Notes under the pieces: generated by a model
Database searches by the model: none
What the model was told of the DNA's origin: nothing
The model's input: the letters and a program-made list of their open reading frames with translations, nothing else
Made by a program: the position numbers and the translations under genes
Origin: a virus
Lineage: Duplodnaviria; Caudoviricetes
Direction: 5' to 3' (one strand)
Length of the DNA stretch: 40,108 nt
Virus record (IMG/VR): IMGVR_UViG_3300043103_000273
Span: 1-40,108 of that record
Shown: positions 26,453 through 34,210 of the stretch, piece by piece
How the letters are laid out: every line of letters starts with the position of its first letter
Numbering within the stretch: the first letter of the stretch is position 1

Positions 26453-26490
26453 CGCGCTGGTTCGGGCCGGTGAAGCGGGATTTGAAAGAC
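26369..26490 (+). mobile_element. attC-like site 3 (long, R' eroded)
   Basis: ATCTAAC-ACGTC-GCTGCACCGGACCCGCACCAGCG pairs with CGCTGGTTCGGGCCGGTGAAGC; no GTT at the right end. Confidence 0.65.
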
Positions 26491-26495
26491 GGCGG

Positions 26496-27005
26496 TCATG
26501 CCGCCATCCTTTCCAGATCGTGCACCACAGTTCGTGTGAAGCCCTGGGCGATAGTGTCTTTTTGCGCCGCGTCGATGGCGGCAAGAAACTCTGCGCGCCC
26601 GAGCTGGCCCACCTGAAACGCGTGCAGATCCAGAAAGGTCTGCAGCGCATCCAGCTCCTGGTAGTAGAGGGTGACTCGCACCCAGCGGCCGCCACCAGAG
26701 CGCAGGGCGCGGTCGTAGATGTCTTGCAGCGATAGCTCGGCGGTCTTGAGGTGGCCGAGCAGGCCGCGCACAATGCCCTGGTGCTCGATGGCCAGCGCCA
26801 CGGCGACGCTGCCTGCCGCGATCGACCATTGGTGCTCAGTGGCCACGCCCTCGCGCAGCGCCTGGATGGCCTTGTGCAGCTCGCACAACACCTGGGCGCG
26901 GTCGGCGGCAGCGGGCTTGGCGGCGTAGTGCTTGGCAAGCTGCATGGTGTGGGCGGTGACCGGGCGGGGGCGGTAGGCTTTGCGGGGTTTTTTGTTGGCG
27001 CTCAT
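26496..27005 (-). CDS. Hypothetical phage protein
   Basis: Basic N-terminus 'KKPRKAYRPRP'; ATGA coupling to the ParB-like gene. Confidence 0.8.
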   Translation of the reverse strand: MSANKKPRKAYRPRPVTAHTMQLAKHYAAKPAAADRAQVLCELHKAIQALREGVATEHQWSIAAGSVAVALAIEHQGIVRGLLGHLKTAELSLQDIYDRALRSGGGRWVRVTLYYQELDALQTFLDLHAFQVGQLGRAEFLAAIDAAQKDTIAQGFTRTVVHDLERMAA

Positions 27006-29071
27006 GTGCCCACCAATACCGTTCTGGCACCGCGCTCGTCACACGCGCTGACCTTGTTGGCGCTCTCCAGGCTGGCCATAAGCTCCAGCGCCTTGGTGGT
27101 ACCAATGCCTAGCCCGGATTTGAGCAAACGCACCGTGGCTTTGCCTTCGCGCGCAATCAGCTCGACGGCACTTTCAAAGAGTACATCAATGCCCACCTCT
27201 TCACTTTGCTGGGCCTCGGGCGGCGTAGCCGCACGCTCCATGCCCTGCATCGCGGTAGCGATGCCTAGCTGGGCATCCTCGGCGCTTAGTTTGGCTTTTT
27301 TAGCAGCGGGCGCAGCGGGTGGTTTTGGGTCTTTGCCTTTGGCCTTGCCCCCCGCATGTTCAGGCTGCGCCAGCGGGGCGGTGGGCGGGGGTGCTTTGGG
27401 CGCGTCCAGCTCGTCAATCTGCGCCTGTATCACCTTGGCCTTGAGTGCACATTCGGCTTTGACGCGTTTACGCGCGTTAGCTGTGATGGCCATTACGGGC
27501 AGGGCCAGTGCATCAGACAAGTAGTCTGCCAGTGGCCTAGTGGCTGCGCTCTCGTAGAGCGTGTCTTGCTGCTCGGCAGTGGCTGTGTACAACACGCCTG
27601 CACGACACAGGTCGGCATGGCTGCATGACTTGATGTGCGCCAGCAGTGCCGATGTTTTGTCAGCGCCCGGTGCAAAGGTGTAGCCCAGGGCCTGTGCCAT
27701 GTCGTCAGCCAACGCGCTGTGCAGCGTGAGCGAGCTAAGCCATGCGCGCAAAAACGTGGAGCCAATAAGTGCCTTGGCTACTGTCTCGTCAGTGTTGCGC
27801 ACGGCTTGTCGCTGGGCGTCTTGGATGTTTTGGTTGATGGCTGCCGCAGTAGCATCCTCCATATTTTTTTGCAGGTTGGACAGCTCACGCTGCAAGGTCT
27901 GGTGGGCTTGCTTTTTGTTCTCGCCCCCTTCGCCCCCTGCACCGCCTGCACCGTTTTCGCCGCTGGTGCCGGTGTAGCCCTTGGCCAGTAGCACGGCCTC
28001 GGCCTCGTCGGTGGGCACCAGCTCCAGCAGCTCCTTGGTGCGCGGGTGCTCAAACAGTATCGGCGCAGGGGCATCATCGCCCAGCAGCGCGCGTAGGGTG
28101 TGGCCGGTGGCACCCATCAGGCTAATGTCATTGCGCACCTGGCCCAGGGTGCTGTAGCCCTCTGGTACTTTTTTGTAAGCGGGGCACATGGCTAGAGCCT
28201 CTTTGCCGTCTACCACGCGCAGGCCTTTTTTCTCGGCCACGGCGCGCAGTTTGGCGTGGTGTGCGTCTGTTTTGGCCTGATAGCACGCGGGGTCGGTGCA
28301 GATGTCTGCACCGTCTACGTCGGCAAACAGGTCGGGGTTGGCACCGGTGCGCTTGGGGCAGTCTTTGCAACTGCCGGCGCTGGCCAGCAGGTGTGCATCG
28401 GTAATAAGAAAAGTGGCATGCTCCAGGCGCAGCATGACGTTTTGTTTGAGCCAAAGCTGGAAATCCCGCACGCCCACGGGGTCGCCCGCGTAGCCTGGCT
28501 CGGTGGCGTATTCCAGGGCTTTGAGCTGGAGTTTGCTGTCGGGTATGCGGGCAATGAGCAGGGCGCGGCTGGCGTCTATCTTGCCCTCGCGCAGGGCCTG
28601 TTTGCATTCGATGGACAGGTCTAGCAGCTTGAGCCGGGCGTAAACGGTGGAGCGGCTCTTGCTGATTTTGTCGGCCACCTGGTCGGCGGTGATGTTGTTG
28701 TGCTGCATGAGGGCTGTGTACCCTTCGGCCTCCTCCAGCTCGGTGAGGTCGTCGCGCTGCAGGTTTTCGACAATCTGGATCTCCAGCACCTGGTCATCGG
28801 TGAGGGCGCGCACCATGGCCGGTATGGTGGGCACACCGGCTTGGATGGAGGCGCGCAGGCGGCGCTCGCCGCACACCAGCTCGTACTGCACGCCGCGCTC
28901 AGTGTCTGCCACGCGGTGGCCAGGCAGGGGGCGCACCAGGATGGGCTGGTGCACGCCGCTGGCCTGGATGCTGCTGGCCAGCTCGGCTAGTTTGGCCGCG
29001 TCAAAGTGTTTGCGCGGGTTGGTGAGGCTGCTGGTGATGGTGGGCAGGGCTAGGATGGCGAATTCAGTCAT
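27002..29071 (-). CDS. ParB/Spo0J-family protein with C-terminal FtsK-gamma-like wHTH
   Basis: 'NPRKHFD', 'QPILVR', 'GERRLRA', 'ENLQRDDL', HTH, CxxCPKR...ICTDPAC; GGAG RBS before ATG 29071. Confidence 0.88.
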   Translation of the reverse strand: MTEFAILALPTITSSLTNPRKHFDAAKLAELASSIQASGVHQPILVRPLPGHRVADTERGVQYELVCGERRLRASIQAGVPTIPAMVRALTDDQVLEIQIVENLQRDDLTELEEAEGYTALMQHNNITADQVADKISKSRSTVYARLKLLDLSIECKQALREGKIDASRALLIARIPDSKLQLKALEYATEPGYAGDPVGVRDFQLWLKQNVMLRLEHATFLITDAHLLASAGSCKDCPKRTGANPDLFADVDGADICTDPACYQAKTDAHHAKLRAVAEKKGLRVVDGKEALAMCPAYKKVPEGYSTLGQVRNDISLMGATGHTLRALLGDDAPAPILFEHPRTKELLELVPTDEAEAVLLAKGYTGTSGENGAGGAGGEGGENKKQAHQTLQRELSNLQKNMEDATAAAINQNIQDAQRQAVRNTDETVAKALIGSTFLRAWLSSLTLHSALADDMAQALGYTFAPGADKTSALLAHIKSCSHADLCRAGVLYTATAEQQDTLYESAATRPLADYLSDALALPVMAITANARKRVKAECALKAKVIQAQIDELDAPKAPPPTAPLAQPEHAGGKAKGKDPKPPAAPAAKKAKLSAEDAQLGIATAMQGMERAATPPEAQQSEEVGIDVLFESAVELIAREGKATVRLLKSGLGIGTTKALELMASLESANKVSACDERGARTVLVGT

Positions 29072-29299
29072 GGTATTTGTCTCCAGTGTTGCTAGGGTGT
29101 TGTGGTGTGCATGCAGCCATGTGGGCCTGCAGCTGGGTGTGGGCTTCTTGGGCGGCGCGCAGGGCGGCGCGTATGCCGCCCAGGGCGTAGCGCATTTCTT
29201 TGTGCGCGGTGTGGGCCAGGGCGTTGCCCAGGGTGGTGCTGGCAATGTCGGCCAGGGTGGCGGTAGTGCGGGATTTGGGGGTTGTGCAAGAATGGGGGT

Positions 29300-29539
29300 A
29301 TGACTACCGTAACCCTTGATACCCTCAAGCTGGCCGACAAGCTGGCCAGCGCTGGCTTTGACAGAGTGCAGGCGGAGGCAGTGGTTCGCGCCATTGCCGA
29401 GGCGCAGGATGAGCTTGTGACGCGCAGCGCGTTGCAGATTGAGTTGGCTCCTATGCGCGCCGAGTTGATGCTGCTGAAGTGGATGATGGGCTTCAATCTG
29501 GCATTCACCATGGCGGTGCTGTGGAAGGTGTTTTCCTAA
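29300..29539 (+). CDS. DUF1640/CCDC90-like membrane-anchored coiled-coil protein (antisense moron)
   Basis: 'DTLKLADKL..AGF...QAEA', 'LVT', 'LLKWMMG' and a C-terminal TM helix. Confidence 0.85.
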   Translation: MTTVTLDTLKLADKLASAGFDRVQAEAVVRAIAEAQDELVTRSALQIELAPMRAELMLLKWMMGFNLAFTMAVLWKVFS

Positions 29540-29559
29540 GCGGACATTGCCTTGGGTGC

Positions 29560-29808
29560 TCATGCTGTAGCCCTGTTGGCCAAGCGCTGTGCTGCGGCGT
29601 GCAGGCGCGCATTAAACCAGCGGCGCACACAGTAGCTGCGCACTACGCTGACCACGGTGTACAGCACGCCAATAAACAGGTTTTGGCCCAGCGTGATGTG
29701 AAAACCCACCAGCGGCAGGATGAGCATGTTGGCCAGCATGTTGATAGCGAAGCCAATGACCACGTTGAACAGCGCCTCGATGAGGGAGCCCAGGCGGGTT
29801 TGGTTCAT
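29560..29808 (-). CDS. Small 2-TM phage membrane protein
   Basis: 'QTRLGSLIEA..NV..G', 'S..RSY..RRWFN'; GGAGG RBS. Confidence 0.85.
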   Translation of the reverse strand: MNQTRLGSLIEALFNVVIGFAINMLANMLILPLVGFHITLGQNLFIGVLYTVVSVVRSYCVRRWFNARLHAAAQRLANRATA

Positions 29809-29999
29809 GACCTCCCTCCCTTTTCCTCAATCACCAAACGCACCCACAAGAACTCTTCTTTAAAAACAGCCGCCTCTGCGGTGCCAAAGGGGTAGGGGCA
29901 TGCGGCGTTCACATTCGTGTACCGGGCTGCGGCCTCTCTGGCCTCGGTCTTGATCTTGTCTATCTTGGCTTTGTCTAAGCTGACGGCGGGCTCTTTCAT
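29805..29999 (-). CDS. 64-aa hypothetical protein (ACPYPF motif, possibly Rmf/CrpP-like fold)
   Basis: GGAGG RBS; ATGA coupling on both sides. Confidence 0.7.
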   Translation of the reverse strand: MKEPAVSLDKAKIDKIKTEAREAAARYTNVNAACPYPFGTAEAAVFKEEFLWVRLVIEEKGGRS

Positions 30000-30337
30000 A
30001 GGGGTGCCTCCTGAAATAAATCGGTAGCGTGCTCGGGAATCACGTGGACGTGGGCTGCGTTGGTGGCCACCAGCTGCACGCCCGCCAGGGGGGCCTCTAC
30101 GGAGATACGCATACCCCGCTTGAGCCTGTGCGCTGTGGCCTGCGCCTGGGTGTGGCGCCCAGTGAGGAAGGGCTGCTCTATGTGCATATGGGTGTGGTGC
30201 AGGTTGTCCAGCTGCAGGTCCAGGCACAGCACCGGCACGGCGTGGCCCTCTGCGTCAATCACTTTGGCGCGCGCCTGTGCGTCGTGGAGCAGCGTGCCGG
30301 TGTACAACACGGTGGCGCCAGCGGGGCAGCAGTTCAT
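29996..30337 (-). CDS. Hypothetical protein, possible OB-fold
   Basis: Coupled ORF; 'YTGTL..DA' and 'LKRGMRISVE' resemble SSB strands. Confidence 0.7.
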   Translation of the reverse strand: MNCCPAGATVLYTGTLLHDAQARAKVIDAEGHAVPVLCLDLQLDNLHHTHMHIEQPFLTGRHTQAQATAHRLKRGMRISVEAPLAGVQLVATNAAHVHVIPEHATDLFQEAPL

Positions 30338-30516
30338 GGCTGCACCTCGCTGGCCTGGGCCAGGGCCTGAGTTTGGGCCTGAGTCTGAGCGTCTGCAAGG
30401 TCGGCGGCTACTGTGCGCTCGGTCTGTATGTCGTCAGGGCCGTCCAGCACCTGCATGGCGGATACCAGGGCGACCAGGGCGAGGGCCAAGGCCCAGTTGA
30501 GGGTGTGCTGGGTCAT
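30334..30516 (-). CDS. Small protein with N-terminal hydrophobic helix
   Basis: AAGGAG RBS; coupled to the next gene. Confidence 0.7.
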   Translation of the reverse strand: MTQHTLNWALALALVALVSAMQVLDGPDDIQTERTVAADLADAQTQAQTQALAQASEVQP

Positions 30517-30522
30517 GCTTTT

Positions 30523-30834
30523 TCACTCCTTCACAATGGGGGTTTGCAGCGCCTTGAACTGTGCCACCCGAAGGTTTATCAATGAACGCTGAACAGCTAA
30601 CTGCGCTTGTTCAAAAGCTTGAAGAAGCAATGGCGCTGATGCCGCCGCCAACTCAACTGCTACAGCATCCGCACGGCCAAGCTCTGCTTGTGGCCTGGCG
30701 TCGAATGTCGGACGCTCAGCTAAAGGTGTTGAAAATTCGGGATGTTGAAATGAAAAAGAAAACCTGACGCTCAGGCCGCCTTCTTCCAGCTCGATAGCTG
30801 CATGGGTGGGGGTGGTTAGGGTCTGCACTTTCAC
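30523..30834 (-). CDS. Hypothetical protein (contains antisense ORF 30582-30767)
   Basis: AAGGAG RBS; GTGA overlap with the upstream gene. Confidence 0.55.
   Translation of the reverse strand: MKVQTLTTPTHAAIELEEGGLSVRFSFSFQHPEFSTPLAERPTFDARPQAELGRADAVAVELAAASAPLLLQAFEQAQLAVQRSLINLRVAQFKALQTPIVKE
30582..30767 (+). CDS. Antisense small helical protein MNAEQLTALVQKLEEAM...
   Basis: GAAGG RBS-like site; protein-like amphipathic sequence; locally lower GC. Confidence 0.45.
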   Translation: MNAEQLTALVQKLEEAMALMPPPTQLLQHPHGQALLVAWRRMSDAQLKVLKIRDVEMKKKT

Positions 30835-31541
30835 TCCTTCACAGCTAGTACACCGCTTGGACCCTTTGCGACCACTTCGACCTGCAGGTCGGCAGCTGCG
30901 TCAAGGGCAATCTCAATGCCTTGAGTGGCCAAACGCTGTTGGATTTGAACAGCGCTCAGCGTTTCGAGGCCTTTGGTGAAAGCGGCCCAAGCAGCTTGGC
31001 TGCGGCCTTGGGCTCCATCGGACCAAAGTGAATAAAGGGCCTCTAGGGGCGTAAGGCCCGTGGCCACGCACTGGGCTTTGACAGTTGGCCACAGGGCCGC
31101 TTCACGTTCTTTTTCTGTGTCAATCCAGCCGCTCATAATTTGAGCGTTACCATCGTGCCAGGTGATCTCAACTACTTCAAGGCAGTCACAAACAATGCAT
31201 GAATCAAGAACCACATTTGACGCGAGGGTCTGTGCGATGGATGCAGATAACCTGCCTGACTCCGAGGTGACTGCTGCCGCTATGACGTATGAGCGGTTGC
31301 GCACGGCTTTGGTTATCGCACAAAGCGTTTTGAGCACACCCAGCAACTCAGATGTGCTGCGAGTGTTTGAGCAATTGTGCTTGGCTGCTAGCTCCTCCAG
31401 CAGCAGCGGATGAGCGCGGGTGAGCTCAAATAAGACCTCTTCTTGCGAGATCTCAAACCGCTTGCGCTGTGTGGTTTTAAAAAAAACGGCTTGGGGCGTC
31501 AGCTTGTCAGCTTGAGCGGCCTGCTTGATTTCGTCTTGCAC
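30831..31541 (-). CDS. First gene of the leftward early operon, hypothetical
   Basis: GGAGTG RBS with GTG start downstream of PL. Confidence 0.6.
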   Translation of the reverse strand: MQDEIKQAAQADKLTPQAVFFKTTQRKRFEISQEEVLFELTRAHPLLLEELAAKHNCSNTRSTSELLGVLKTLCAITKAVRNRSYVIAAAVTSESGRLSASIAQTLASNVVLDSCIVCDCLEVVEITWHDGNAQIMSGWIDTEKEREAALWPTVKAQCVATGLTPLEALYSLWSDGAQGRSQAAWAAFTKGLETLSAVQIQQRLATQGIEIALDAAADLQVEVVAKGPSGVLAVKE

Positions 31542-31582
31542 TTATCACTCCAAATCCACCGTGATGGGGTGGGATGAAGTGG

Positions 31583-31610
31583 AGTATAGTCAGTTTTTCT
31601 GACTAAGCAA
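31583..31610 (-). promoter_or_regulatory. PL promoter with operator palindrome
   Basis: -35 TTGCTT, 16 bp, -10 TATACT; TAGTCAG-TTTTT-CTGACTA (31587-31605) spans the spacer. Confidence 0.8.
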
Positions 31611-31674
31611 GTAAATCTAACATTTATTCAGAAAATATTTCAAAACTTAGGGAAAACCCCTAGAAGCCAGACGT

Positions 31675-31697
31675 AAAAAAACCCGCGCTGGGCGGGG
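31675..31697 (-). terminator. Terminator for the cI-side transcript
   Basis: Minus strand CCCGC-CCAGC-GCGGG followed by T7. Confidence 0.7.
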
Positions 31698-31732
31698 TGC
31701 TGGGGGTGCAGACATGTGCACTAGAATTCGCC

Positions 31733-31846
31733 ATGACACAGCACCGCTCACACGTGCCGCCCCGGCCGTTACCGCCACCGCCACCGCCACCGCCACCCAA
31801 GCAAGAGGCTGCGCCGGTTTGCCAAATTGCAGACGTGTGCGCATAA
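31733..31846 (+). CDS. 37-aa polyproline peptide MTQHRSHVPPRPL(P)9KQEAAPVCQIADVCA
   Basis: TAGAAT 5 nt before the ATG; (CCGCCA)4 repeat; stop is 7 nt before the next ATG. Confidence 0.5.
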   Translation: MTQHRSHVPPRPLPPPPPPPPPKQEAAPVCQIADVCA

Positions 31847-31853
31847 TTGCACC

Positions 31854-32315
31854 ATGGACAAAACCACCCTATTGAGCGAAATTAGGTATGCCGAGCGGCT
31901 GTGCCAGCGCACGGCGCGGATGTACCGGCACCTGCAGGCGTCCACCGTGTTCATGACGGTGCTGGGCGGCAGCGGCGTGATGTCTGCACTGGCAGCCAGC
32001 GTGCCCGGCTGGGTGCCTGTGGGCGGCGCAGTCATGCTGGCGGTGTTTGGTGCACTCAATCTGGCCATGCGCCCTGCAGACAAGGCGGCAAGCAACGAGG
32101 TCGATTGCAAGCGCTATGCCCAACTGCGCAGTGCCGCCCAGACCATGGATGCCGCCGCCCTGGCATTGGCACTGGCCAAAGCCCGCGAGAGCGACACCAC
32201 CGAGGTGGAGGGCCTGCGCGATGTGGCCTACAACGATGTGGTGGTAGAGCTAGGCCGACCCGATGCAGTGGTGCCTTTGCGACCACTGCAGCACATGCTA
32301 AGCGCCTTGGCCTAA
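31854..32315 (+). CDS. SLATT-like 2-TM membrane protein (moron)
   Basis: Helix, two TM segments, then 'ADKAASNEVDCKRYAQLR' helix resembling SLATT. Confidence 0.65.
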   Translation: MDKTTLLSEIRYAERLCQRTARMYRHLQASTVFMTVLGGSGVMSALAASVPGWVPVGGAVMLAVFGALNLAMRPADKAASNEVDCKRYAQLRSAAQTMDAAALALALAKARESDTTEVEGLRDVAYNDVVVELGRPDAVVPLRPLQHMLSALA

Positions 32316-32840
32316 CTAAAATCCGAACGACACCGAAAGCGCCATGGTGGCAGGGCTCACATTCTGCACCTTGGGGATCACCATCAGGTGAGCCTCTACC
32401 GGGCCAATCGGCACACTCAGGGCCAAGGCCGCGAAGGGTACCGCGTCGTCTTGATAGCCAGAGACCATGCCCGCAAAAACACCGGTTTTAACCGGCCCCA
32501 GGCGCACCGGCTGCCAGGCGGCACCGGCGTAGACACTTTGTTTGCGCAGGCTGTTGTTGTAGGTGCCAGCGGCCAGCCGCCAATCGTCGCTGACCGGGCA
32601 TAGCAAGCCCACGCCCGGGGTGTTGCCGTTGTAGCCCGGCTCGGCGTGGTAGGCCGCAATGTGCAGCTGGATTGCGCAGGGGGCAATGGCAGCATCAGCC
32701 CTTGCATGACCCGCAAACAGGGCGCAGGCAGCTAGCAAAGTGATAGCAACACCGGCAAAGTTGCGCCGGGTTGCGTGAGCGTGCTTATTCCCACCCCCCC
32801 CCACTGCGAGGTTCTTTATACGAGAATAGATATATAACAT
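32316..32840 (-). CDS. PagP-like outer-membrane beta-barrel protein
   Basis: AGGAG RBS, signal peptide ending ARA-D, 'H...YNGNTPGVG', 'GTYNNS', 'G..SGY', terminal Phe. Confidence 0.7.
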   Translation of the reverse strand: MLYIYSRIKNLAVGGGGNKHAHATRRNFAGVAITLLAACALFAGHARADAAIAPCAIQLHIAAYHAEPGYNGNTPGVGLLCPVSDDWRLAAGTYNNSLRKQSVYAGAAWQPVRLGPVKTGVFAGMVSGYQDDAVPFAALALSVPIGPVEAHLMVIPKVQNVSPATMALSVSFGF

Positions 32841-32875
32841 TGTCTGGCTCCTGGAATAGATCAATCTGGGCAGCA

Positions 32876-33355
32876 TTATGTACCCGTTGATTTCTCGGGG
32901 GGACTTTTTCTTGGGTTCACGACCATTTCCATGAGCACCCCAATCACGTGCGGTGCGCTCGAGGGCTGATAGACAAGCCCGGACAGCCATCGGGCTGCAT
33001 TATCCATATCTTCCTTGGGCAGGCCCTCGAAGCACCGTGCCAGGGTGTTGCAGGCGTCTTCCAGGCTGGGGATGGTGTGGGTTGCCGACTGCCCGTCTCG
33101 CGTGGTGCGTATTGCTTTGTAATTGGCTATGAACTCATGATTTTGTAGCCCGTTGCTCATCAACTCCGCTACTGATATGCCCAGCAACTTGGCGACTGCT
33201 GGCTGATGTTTCCTGCTTGGCGCCGTGCCGTCTTCTTGTTCCCACTGAAATACGGCTGTCCTTGTGACCCCCAGGGCATCTGCAAACTGCTGATGAGTCA
33301 TTTTTAGGCGCTTTCTGCCAGCCTTGATTACTTGGTGAATCGACATATTTTGCAT
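32876..33355 (-). CDS. cI: CI-like repressor (XRE HTH, no S24 peptidase domain)
   Basis: 'IKAGRKRLKMTHQQFADALGVTRTAVFQWE'; divergent from cro. Confidence 0.85.
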   Translation of the reverse strand: MQNMSIHQVIKAGRKRLKMTHQQFADALGVTRTAVFQWEQEDGTAPSRKHQPAVAKLLGISVAELMSNGLQNHEFIANYKAIRTTRDGQSATHTIPSLEDACNTLARCFEGLPKEDMDNAARWLSGLVYQPSSAPHVIGVLMEMVVNPRKSPPEKSTGT

Positions 33356-33360
33356 CGTAC

Positions 33361-33400
33361 GGTTAGAAATACTTGCAATGTCAGAAAAACTGTCTAGAAT
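33361..33400 (+). promoter_or_regulatory. PR promoter with operator
   Basis: -35 TTGCAA (33373), 16 bp, -10 TAGAAT (33395); GTCAG-AAAAA-CTGTC between them resembles the PL operator. Confidence 0.8.
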
Positions 33401-33407
33401 GGCACTC

Positions 33408-33680
33408 ATGTCTTTGTCCATATCAAAAAGCGCACTTGACGAGGCAATTGATCTCGCTGATGGTATTTCCGCCATGGCGCGCGCCCTCAATTTGTCTAGC
33501 CACACAGTCATCCACCAATGGCGCGCGACCCGCGTACCTGCGGAGCATTGCCCCAACATTGAGGAGAAGTGGGGCGTTGCTTGCGAGCGACTGCGCCCCG
33601 ATGTGAATTGGGCTGTGTTGCGCAAATCCCCCCCAGCTACTGCGCACGCAGGTGCTGGTGCTGCCGGGCAGGGGGCCTAG
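33408..33680 (+). CDS. cro: Cro/YdaS-like regulator
   Basis: 'AMARALNL...VIHQW...VPAEHCP.IE...GV..E.LRPDV.W'; ATG 7 nt after the -10, so possibly leaderless. Confidence 0.9.
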   Translation: MSLSISKSALDEAIDLADGISAMARALNLSSHTVIHQWRATRVPAEHCPNIEEKWGVACERLRPDVNWAVLRKSPPATAHAGAGAAGQGA

Positions 33681-33763
33681 GAATGCGGCATAGCCCTCAA
33701 CTCTGGCGAGAGTCAACCAACAATGAAAGGTGTGTGATATGTCACGATTAAAGTTTGCACGGG

Positions 33764-34063
33764 CTACATTCTCTGTGGGCTTGCTTGCGGGGAGCATGCT
33801 TGCCAGAGCACGTTCCATAATGCCATGGCGTCGGCGTCGAGTTCTGGTGGATTTACTGCCCTGGACTCCTCCGTCCTCTGATGCATGTCTGATTTCGCTA
33901 TATGCAGGGCTTGTGCAAACAAAGGGTGAGCAGGGGGACTTGCCACTATGAGCGCGCGCACTACGCACTCCAGCATTTCCTGGCGCGCTTGCACGCGTGC
34001 CATTCCACGTAAGGCCTGCTTGAAGGCAGCTTCTAGTTGTTCGTGCGTTAGTTTGGTTGCCAT
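33764..34063 (-). CDS. Antisense moron A, 99-aa helical protein
   Basis: Own TAGAAT -10 and TAAGGA RBS. Confidence 0.7.
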   Translation of the reverse strand: MATKLTHEQLEAAFKQALRGMARVQARQEMLECVVRALIVASPPAHPLFAQALHIAKSDMHQRTEESRAVNPPELDADAMALWNVLWQACSPQASPQRM

Positions 34064-34210
34064 GGTGGGGCCTGTCCTTAGGTTTGGTGAGTTGCGGAAC
34101 TTCCATTCTAGGGGGCAGTGCCTCGCCACCCATGCCCAGCCCACCTCCAACAGCGCGCAGGCTGCGGCTGAAAACGTTGCGCAGGGGGTGGCAAATGCTT
34201 AGGCGTCGTT

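Noticed and set aside
33356-33625. Long N-terminal extension of cI
   Set aside because: Antisense to cro and crosses PR; the HTH begins after ATG 33355/33346
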